NCBI RefSeq assembly: GCF_009914755.1
Contig: NC_060929.1
Reading direction: 5' to 3' (one strand)
Source: the human T2T-CHM13v2.0 reference genome, Homo sapiens
Length of the DNA stretch: 64,000 nt
Shown here: positions 46,830 through 64,000 of the stretch, in pieces
Layout: each line of letters begins with the position of its first letter
Numbering within the stretch: the stretch's first letter is position 1
Program-made: the position numbers and the translations under genes
The notes under the pieces: generated by a model
Seen by the model: the letters and a program-made list of their open reading frames with translations, nothing else
Database searches by the model: none
Told to the model about the DNA's origin: nothing

Positions 46830-46920
46830 GAGAGGCAATATAGTATAGTATGTAAGAACATAAGTTTTGGAGTCAGATTGCCTGGATTTAAATCCACGAC
46901 TTACTAATTATGACATTGAA
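46830..46920 (+). mobile_element. MIR 5' fragment
   Basis: gaggcaatatagtatagt...tttggagtcagattgcctggatttaaatcc. Confidence 0.65.
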
Positions 46921-47469
46921 AAATTAAATGTCAATTCTTTTAGGTATAGTACATATACAGTGTGCCTTTTGTGTTCTACATGGTTTTTATTGATGTGTTG
47001 CTTATCCTTATGCATTGGCTCTGGTGTTTGCCATATGGATGCTTAAATTTTAATGTAATCAAATTTGTCAGTCTCTTTATGCCTTTTGGTTTTAATGTTA
47101 TTATTGGAAAGTATTTGCACCAAGATTATAAAAGTAATAACCTAGCTTTTTAAATTTTGGCTTAAGGAGTGAAAAAATAATCTAGCTTTATGCTCCCCAA
47201 ATTTCTAACTAGTTGTAGTGCCGTTTGTTGAATAATCGTTTTACTTCTGAAAGTCTGCCTTTATCAATAGTAAATCCCCAAATATGTTTATACTATGTCA
47301 GGATTTTCTTTTTTTTATTTGTTGTGTTTTTTATGATACTATGCTATTTTGACCTCTCTCCCCTTCATTGTATATTTAATATCTGGAAGTGTTGCTTTGT
47401 TACTCTGCTTTTAAATGAATTTTCCAGGTGGACATGAATCATTTTTATCAGCTTCTAAAAATAATTCTT

Positions 47470-47816
<347 letters not shown>

Positions 47817-48213
47817 TTAGAAGATCATTGATAACTTTACGATAGCATATCTCTTTCTAGGAAGATAGATTTCCCATTTATTTGATGTTTGATGCCCTTT
47901 AGTGGCATTTATGATTTTCATCTTGTCATATCTGTGTTTCTTGTTGATACGCATATTTGTTATTTTTAAGAAACCATATATTTTTGTTATATTTATTTCT
48001 AAAAACATTTTGGAGGGAGGGCAAGGGCTTCTGTTTTTATGAGGCTATTTCATCAATTGCATTATTATCTGGCTATTTAAATAAAGGAAGCAATTGAGTT
48101 TCATGTTTATTATCTACTATAGTGATGACTTTTGAAGAATTGCTTTTAGTATTTTAGTTGATATGTTTGTATTTTCTGGGTGTATAGTAATAGATTCGTG
48201 AGCAGGCATAGGT

Positions 48214-48692
<479 letters not shown>

Positions 48693-48999
48693 AGGACTGA
48701 TTCTTTTAAGTAGAAATTGGTCCCTGCTACTACTCTTCTGCCCCTTGAAGGTGTCATCAGTCATATGAGAATGGCCTCTTCAACCTTGTTGTTCCTGAAC
48801 TGGATTTTTATTTATCTCTAAGAAATTAATACTAATTATAAACATTTTCTTTGAACTGCTTAGTATTTAGTGTGATGTACAGTAATAGAGCTGGCCCGCT
48901 TTATCCATGGGTTACATATGTATGGATTTTGTAGTCATGAATTCAACCAATCATGAATTGAAAATAATTTGAGAAGAAAATCAATAAAAAAATACAATA

Positions 49000-51214
<2,215 letters not shown>

Positions 51215-51624
51215 GAATACAAATAACAATATAGCAATTATTTATGTAGCATTTGCATTGTTTTAGGCATTATAAGTAATTTAGAGATGATTTAAGGTAT
51301 ATGGGAGAATGTGCATAGGTTATATACAAATACAACACCATTTTATATGAGGGATACTTGGAGCATCCTCAGATTTTGGCATATGTGAGGGTTCTGGAAC
51401 TAATCCCCCATAGATACTGAGGGATGACTGTAATTATGTATATCATTAAATGACAGTTATTTTGAGCCTTTATTTAATTATTATAGTAGGCTTGATGTAA
51501 TTTACATGTATGATAAACATGTAAATGTGTGACAAGGAAAAGGATCTTTGTCACTACTTATACCCTAAGGTTTATTTTTGTCCCATGTGTTTCATAGACC
51601 TTAACCTTACCCTTTCTTGTAGTA

Positions 51625-51915
51625 TTTTTTTTTTGAGACGGAGTGTCGTTTTGTCGCCCAGGCTGGAGTGCAGTGGCACGATCTCTGCTCACTGCAAGCT
51701 CCGCCTCCCAGATTCACTCCATTCTCCTGCCCCAGCCTCCTGAGTAGCTGGGACTACAGGTACCCGCCGCCACGCCTGGCTAATTTTTTGTATTTTTAGT
51801 AGAGATGGGGTTTCACCATGTTAGCCAGGATGGTCTCGATCTCCTGACCTCGTGATGCGCCCGCCTCGGCCTTCCAAAGTGCTGGGATTACAGGCGTGAG
51901 CCACTGCGTCTGGCC
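51625..51915 (-). mobile_element. AluY-like
   Basis: Y diagnostics; TSD CTTTCTTGTA. Confidence 0.92.
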
Positions 51916-52517
51916 CTCTTTCTTGTAATATATTTAACAGATAATTTTGTGTGAATGATAGGTGTGTTCCCCAGAATACTGATGTTTTCCTCATACTCAC
52001 TCACTATCACTGTAAATGACTAGTCTGGAGTACCACCTCTTTTTTCTTTTTAATTAGTACAACAGGAAGCTGTTAGACCAGTTGGAGAAGTGAAATGTGG
52101 AGGTAATTTAGCTTATTAATGACATAACTCAGATTAGAAAAAGAAATCCAAGTTTCCTGACTCTGTTGGTTTTTTTTGCTTATTATACCAGCATTTTCCT
52201 AGGTATGTTCTGAAGAATACAGTTTCTTTAGAATAATACTATTTCCCAAAGATTTTTAATAGGTGTTAGAGAAAAAAAGAGTTTTGGGCTCATCTAAGTG
52301 AGGAAATTCTGAGTTGATAGACCTGGTTTTCCGTCTTCTCTTTGGCGGACGCCAGTTTGTTATAGATGATTATTTTTTTAGTTTAGAAATAACTGGATAC
52401 AGCTTAATTTACAAAAAAAGTTTACATCAATATTTGAGCCAAGAAGTTTCAGAGAAAGATTTATCCTTAAAGTAGTGTGTAATTCTTCATGATCTCAAGT
52501 TTTAAAAAATAGACTTA

Positions 52518-52799
<282 letters not shown>

Positions 52800-53040
52800 T
52801 AGACTAAGTTTTTTGAGTAGTTTCAGGTTTACAGAAAAATTGATTAAGAAGTGTAAAAAATTCCCAAACCCTCCTTCTCCATTTCCCCTATTATTAACAT
52901 CTTGCATTCATGCAGTATATTTGTTAGAATTGATAAGCCAATAGTGATACATTATTATTAGCTAAAGTCTATTGTTTATATTAGGCTTCACTCTTTGTGT
53001 TGTACATTCTGTGGGTTTTGACAAATGTATACATGTCCCT
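52800..53040 (-). mobile_element. L1MC-like 3' end fragment
   Basis: agtttcaggtttacagaaaaattg...tttcccctattattaacatcttgcatt...gggttttgacaaatg. Confidence 0.7.
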
Positions 53041-53559
53041 GATTGTTGCTGATAATGGCAACAATCTGTTCAGTAGTTATAGCTTATGGATGAGCGAAAT
53101 GAATTACAGGAATGTTAGAAGGGATGAGAAGGAGGAATTGGGAATACTCTCTAATCAGGCACTTGCATTACCTAAGATCAGATTACTTTTTTACTGACAG
53201 CATATGTGGGAATAATGTATTACTGATGTTGAAATTACCTGTATTGAATCTTTGGAAGCAGATTTTTAAAGTTATCTCTTCTTTAAAAATGATTATCAAC
53301 ATTTGGTAATCCATGTTCACAATTTCTGGAAAACTGAAATTTGAATGTTGGCGTGTTTTCATTCTGAGAAATGATTTAAATGAAAGTAGAAGCTCTCCCA
53401 TCATTACTTTTTTTAAGTCATTGCTCTACAGCTCTTAGTTGGCCTCTTTGTGTACATCCTGTTCATCCAAGTCCAACTCAAGTACCATTATTTCCACTGA
53501 AACTTCCACCCGATGTTTAAAATTTCCCTTCTTTGGATTTATATATTTTTCTTCTGAAC

Positions 53560-54830
<1,271 letters not shown>

Positions 54831-55654
54831 AAAGCAAATATCAAATTTAAAGAAAAAAATGGAGCAAATGATCTCCTGAAAAAATTCTGTATCTTGATCA
54901 CATTTATTGGAATGGTTGGAGAAAAATAAAAATACCTCTTAGCTTAGGAAGTTGTGAGTTATCTGCAAATCTCCTCAGTTTAGGAGTGGAAGAATCGTGG
55001 AGTCATTTATTTCAAAATGTATGCAGGTTTCTCTTTTGAATGTCTTACAGATTTAAAGAGGCCATTGAACCAAGTCTTGTATTTTTCTATACAGGATAAA
55101 TTCCTTGTTTCAGCCAGCTGTCAGTGGAAGGCAACTAGTATGACACCATCTCCATGGACAAAGAATGTTGGAATATTCCATTTCATTGATTTATATATCT
55201 CTTTATCTGTTTCTTCATTAGTTTCTATAGTAGTCACCGTTTCTTCCAATGTCATTTAAATGTTGATCACATGCCTGTAATCTGCTTTTAAGTTCTTGGT
55301 CATTTCTCATTTTCACATAAATTTGTTCATCCAGGATGAGCCTGATGGAGATCCAGGAGCTCCTTTATGGTGCTGGTAATTTGTTTTGGGTCCATGTTGC
55401 CTGCCGTATTTCAAACACTGCACCCTTTTCCTCCTCTCTCGAATAGTGGCTTTGGATTTATAACTTAAAAACTGCTTAGCCATTCAGTTTAAAACTTAAA
55501 TATATAAACTATTTTATGTAGTTTTCTAATTGTTCTTGGATATTTTAGTTGCTTTAGCTAATTTTCTTTTTAAAATAAAAATAAAGTTAAAATTCAGATC
55601 TCTCTACTACCAGTTTATAAATATGTTTCACTTCAGATTTCTCATTGAAATTAA

Positions 55655-57283
<1,629 letters not shown>

Positions 57284-57594
57284 AATCATTTAAAATAGGA
57301 TCCCTGTATGTTCAGCTTCATTGATTATTATTTTTAACATTTCTCCTTACAGATGAGATTTGAGGTGACACTTAATAGGATGTCAATACATAGTTAATAG
57401 AAGTAGAAAATCAGATCCAAGGAAAGAAGTGAAGAAATACATTACTTTTAAGTAATTTAACATAATTGCTGTGATAAAACATCAAATTTAGCTAAGCTTC
57501 CTGGGAGCCAGAGTTTTCATTACCCTAAATGAAGAAATATGTCACGAATTCTCCAGAAGAGACAAATATTTTTCTTGCATTAAATCTTAAATAA

Positions 57595-57896
<302 letters not shown>

Positions 57897-58021
57897 TCTT
57901 AAATAATTTCTAATGTGCACATTGTTTATGTAAGAGCTATTGAATAATGAATGGACAGTGTTGTTGAGAACGATTTTACAGCACGTATTCTATAGCTGTC
58001 AAGATCTTTTTCATGAGTTCT

Positions 58022-58347
<326 letters not shown>

Positions 58348-58610
58348 GGTTTTTTTTCTATTTAAATAATAAAAAGAGAAGGGTAAAATATACAAAACGC
58401 TCAGGGAAGATAAATTATATGTGAGGGTAGGCTAATGTAGTTTACAATGGTAGATTTTTTTGTTTCTAACTTGACCTAAAGATAACATAGACATAGCCAT
58501 TTATGGAAACAGTATTGCTTACATCCCTCTAAACATCATTATTCTAATTTTGATTTTTGCTACATGAGTAACAGACAATTTCAGGACTTTATTTCCTAAT
58601 GAAAGGATGA

Positions 58611-58949
<339 letters not shown>

Positions 58950-59702
58950 TGATGCAAAATCAATTGAGGAAATGGTATGTTTAGTATCATATTAAGAAAG
59001 TTGAGAAATATTTATATTTACGTAGAAGTCCCTTTCTTCTCCACAAGGGCTACTTGATATTATTATAAAGTTTATAGTTTATTCAGGAGTCAGGTATAGA
59101 TCTACTTCTGGCACTTGATGCAAGTGCTTTGAAGACCCCTGAAAATACTAAAGAATATGAGGAGATTTTCAGACTTTATAATAGTTACCAGTCACATCTG
59201 TGCTATAAAAAAAATACTGAGTCCCAGTCCCAGGAAATATTTAATTTCGGGCAGGGTAGTGTCTCACTTTGTTTGACTGTACTAGCTAAAAAACAAGCAA
59301 AAAACCCCACTTTCTGGTAATTGAAGGAGGTGAAGTGAAGTGTTAACACTAAATGGTTGAATGTTGGGATATGAGTGCTGCTGTCAGACGTAATTCCTCC
59401 AGCTAATGTTCAGCCATTCCTTTTTCACAATAAGTTAAATAACTGGATTAGTTGTCGTTTAGAAAAACTTTATTTTGAAGTAATTATATATTTCTAGAAG
59501 AACTGCTAAATAGTCCAGAGGATTCTTAGTATCAACATCTTATATAGACATGGTACATTTATCAAAACTAAGAAATTAACCTTGATAAAATACTATTAAT
59601 TAAACTACAGAGTTTAATTGAATTTCATCAAGTTTTCCACAAATGTCCTCTTGCTATTTTGGGATCCAGTGTAAGAGACCATGTTGTATTTAGTTTTATG
59701 TC

Positions 59703-60165
<463 letters not shown>

Positions 60166-61149
60166 TCAGGTCTTTAGTTTCCTCCAATCTGACAATTTCT
60201 CAGTCTTTCCTTGTTTTTCATGACTTTGATTTTTGAAGAGTACTGGTTGGATATTTTGTAGAATGTTTCTAAGTTTGGGTTTTTCTGATTTTTTTCATGA
60301 TTATGTTAGATTGTGGATATTTAGAAAGAATATCACGCAAGGGAAGTGCTTTTCTTACCATATCAAGAAAAGGGTATGATATTAACATTATTTATTACCA
60401 GTGATTTGAACTTTGATCACTTGGGTAAGGTGGTGTCTGCCAGGTTTCTCCACTGTAAAGTTACTATTTTTACTTTTCCATCATGGATCTGTTAGAAGCC
60501 CAGCTCACCCTTAGGGTGAGGGGAGCTAAGCTCTGCCTTCTTGAGAGAGAAGTACCAAATAATTTGCAGGCATGTTTAAACCACCATATAGATATTTTCG
60601 GGGAGATACTTTGATACTATTTCTCCTTAAAGGTTTGACTAGTAATTTTAGCATTCATATGTATTTTTTTTTTTTCCTGTAGGATCAGTTGTCTTTTAAG
60701 GGGTATGTCATTGGCATATGAAAGAGAATATGGCATAGTAAGAGGGCTTGTATCTAGTTCATGTAAAAACTTAAGCCAGTAAAGAGTAGTAAAAAGGGGC
60801 AATCAAATACAGTCACTTTACACTTTTGAAATTCATTTGATCTGTAAGATTGTTCTGGATCTCAATTCTTGCTGTGCTGTTACATTAGAAGGTAGATTTT
60901 GTGAAGGTACTGATCACCAATCAAGTGTGTGCTGGACTGTAGCTGGATTCTATATAGAGACTAAATGCTGGTGACACGCCGGTGGAAGCCCTCAGTTTAA
61001 CCCCATTAGTGAATTTTTCAAGTGAACCTAAAATTGGTATGATGAGGGGATGCTAATTCTAAAGACTGCTGGCCTCTTAAGTATTTTTCACATCTTTTTC
61101 CCTCTCTGGCAGTTTACCTTATTTAGTATTTAGACTACTTAGACTATTG

Positions 61150-61275
61150 TGTTTCTCTCTCTTGCATTAGAAATAAGTTTCATGAGGGCAGGAATTTTAG
61201 CTTTGTTCTCTACCTCATTACCTTGAGCAGTATCTGGCACATAATAAGTGCTCAATAAGTATTATGTGAATGAAA
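61150..61275 (+). mobile_element. L2 3' end
   Basis: tagaaataagtttcatgagggcagg...tctggcacataataagtgctcaataa...gtgaatgaa. Confidence 0.75.
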
Positions 61276-62218
61276 AAATAATATTAAGATAAAGAATTTA
61301 AGCTGAATGAGAAATCTGTCGTGAGGCCTTGATACGTTCAGTTAAATAACTTCTGTAATTTTGAAGTTGGAAATGGTGTGTATTTTTAGGTCCTCTGCAG
61401 AGACCAGTGAGTAGTAAATTCAGTAGGCTTAGTCACCATAGCTATTTTAGAGCAGTGTTTCCTAAACTTTTATAATTTTTGTAAACTTTTGAGCTCAATT
61501 AAATGAAAAACAAAAAATCAAGGAATACCACCTCAATGTTGAATTTTCAAAATAGTGGTACTTAAATATCTCCATTCGTAAAGCTATGTATAAAGTCCTT
61601 GTTTTTAGACTGTGGTTACAGTTATAACAGCACAAGTTAATTGTATATAAACTATAACATTTATTTAAATTTTCATTAATACCAAATTCATATAACAAAT
61701 GATGTTTTGCTGAAATTTAATTGGAGGTTGTATCATGACTGATTCATTTGTGTTTGACACATGTATGCTGTTAAGTGCCTTATGATGTTAATTTTCTTGT
61801 CTTTCTCTTGGAACTGTCGCAAGTTTTGGACAACATGTCATCGTGGATTTACTTTGCAAGTTTGAATCTGCATTTATAGATTTTCTGCTTGTGTGATTTT
61901 CCCAATAGAATGTAAATACAATTCAGACATTAGGACTTATGTTCTGTGGGATGACTGCCAGACAGATGGCCCTAAGTATAATTGAACGGTATACCTGAAA
62001 AGTCAGAAAACACAGGATACTCTTATTTTTATATCTGTTATATTTTCACATAAAGAATCATTAGCTTTTTTTTTCCCCCCAACTTTCAGACCCGTTCACT
62101 GGTGCTGAATTTGAAGCAGTATATTCTATTAATCTGGGGGAAAAAGCACCATAGATATACTACAGAGAGTCCACAAAGTCTGGAATAACAGGTTAAATAC
62201 TGTATTATACTTCTAAAA

Positions 62219-62408
62219 TTTTTATTTTTATTTTTTAAAGAGATGGGCTCTCACTATGCTTCCCAGGCACAAGTTCAGTGGCTATTCATAGGCATGATCA
62301 TGGTGCATTGCAGCCTCAAACTCCTGGCCCCAAGTGATCTTACCACCTCAGCCTGCCAAGTAGCTGTGATTATAATGAGACCATGGGTTGGCGCCCCTGC
62401 TCCTGGCT
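62219..62408 (-). mobile_element. Monomeric Alu (FAM-like)
   Basis: ctcactatg...cagtggctattcataggcatgatcat...cctcagcc. Confidence 0.75.
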
Positions 62409-64000
62409 TGTGTATTTGTTATACTTTTTTTTTTTCTAGATTAACAATTGGACTTACTGTTTAAACTTTGAGATACTTTCCCTGAAAAGGTATATGGAAA
62501 TAGAAGAAAAACATAATGAGCATATTATATGAATATGTAGCTAGCATACTTTAAAATTTTTTATGCTTCTTGACTTTACAGATACCTTGTATATTAATTT
62601 GTCTTAATTTGAAACTCATAGAACTTGTGGTTTACAGTTTAGTGAATACTATTAGCTTAAAGGATCTTATCCAAATGCTTTATTTAGATTGAGATGATTT
62701 GGAGAAATAAGCCTTTCAGACATGCTTGCGCTTAACTTTTGTGGGTCTAGGAACAAGAGTACAAATGGAGTGTCACATACCGTACGTCTAATTTAAACGT
62801 TATAAATCAATCTTAAAAAAGAACTTGCCAAAAAAAAAGTTTCGTCCTCCTTCCTTCGTAAGTATACCATAATAAGACCCTGGGAGGCCAGGTTAGAATT
62901 TAGTATTTTCAGACTTGTTGGAGTTTCTTGTATCAGACTGTGGTGGTACAAAGTTACCATCTGGCTTCTGGTCCACAGCCCTCTCTGCTTCTGCTTTCTC
63001 CACTGCTCGTTACTACAATTAAGAGTATTTGGGCAGACCTGTATAGACATCCCAAGCAACATGTTCACATCCTCTGCATACAGTTGACTCTTGGTACCCT
63101 TCAAGCCTAAGGATACACAGTCTAGTTGGTATAGTTTTCCTTCTGGAGTACTGATCTGGTGAAAGAGGCTTTGGAAGCTTGTTGAGGGCTGTTTGGGCAG
63201 ATATTTTAGGTTCTGCATACCCATAGAATGATGTAGCATTAGGGGAGAAAATGTGCTCCAGTTAGACAAGTCCTCTTGGCGCAATAGACTCCTTGCTTCA
63301 TGGGGAGGGTTGTATAGCTGGAGTGGTACCCCCTAACTCAAGGAATCCAGGGCTTGAGCCACTGTTGTTTAGGTCTAAGGGATCCATGTTGCTACATTTC
63401 TGTTTCCTGAAAACTACAGTGGTCGTCCAAGTCACAATACTCTACCTTGGGAAAATTCAACTGGGATTTATTATGCTTTAAAAAAAATGTAGTACAAACA
63501 TTGTGGGGAGATTTGATATCAATTATTTGCTAAGTTTTTCTTGATAGTTCTACTTAACCCACCCAAGTGAATTTTTTCTTTGTTGTTTTGAAACTAGAAG
63601 CTTACTGATATTAAGACATGGATTATCTGGGAATAGTTTTTGGTTGTCAGTCCTTTGATATAAAGCAGAGGTGGCACATTCATAAGCCAACACATCTCAT
63701 ATTGCATATAAGCTAGGAATGTTTAGGCTGTGGGGGATTGTAGAGCATTAATTTCGACATTCTTTTGTGCCTATGCATGAAATTAGACCCCCCTCCCCCA
63801 AACATTATAGACCTGGATTCTTTTTTAAAATGTAAAACTTACTGATTTCAGAATGTTGGTTTCCCTACACTCGTTACTCCCCTACACTCTCTACTCTCCT
63901 ACCTGCTACCCCTTTTAAAACTGTGGTGACCAAAGAACACATCAGTTGGGTTTAGTTTGCTGACTGACAGTTGGGTAATAATGATGTGTGGAGGGAATCA

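Noticed and set aside
62793-63284. 163-aa minus-strand ORF in non-Alu sequence
   Set aside because: Non-ATG start, no recognisable homology, no poly-A/TSD retrocopy signature or clear splice sites; a BLASTX or Dfam search would settle it.

Overview
This is hominid (most likely human) nuclear genomic DNA, and no protein-coding exon is recognisable. Positions 1-34.6 kb are intergenic and repeat-dense (Alu, L1, L2, MIR, solo LTRs of MSTA/MLT2/MLT1H type, MER20, Tigger2). A CpG-island promoter at ~34.6-36.9 kb holds a + strand non-coding first exon with two overlapping uORFs and a strong donor at 36648/36649. More than 27 kb of intron follows, with many Alus, old L1s and a full-length sense-oriented SVA (49341-51214). 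From memory the leader and architecture resemble HIPK3 exon 1/intron 1, with exon 2 (the circHIPK3 exon) just beyond the window; I cannot verify this here. The ORF track is explained by repeats and GC-rich sequence. I found no convincing new gene system. The best observations are fine-scale: two short locally templated insertions inside Alus, an inverted Alu pair sharing private mutations, a fused head-to-head Alu junction, a 17-bp hairpin just after the exon-1 donor, candidate 5'/3' transductions and an unexplained palindrome. Repeat subfamily names come from recalled consensus sequences, and boundaries of old repeats are approximate.
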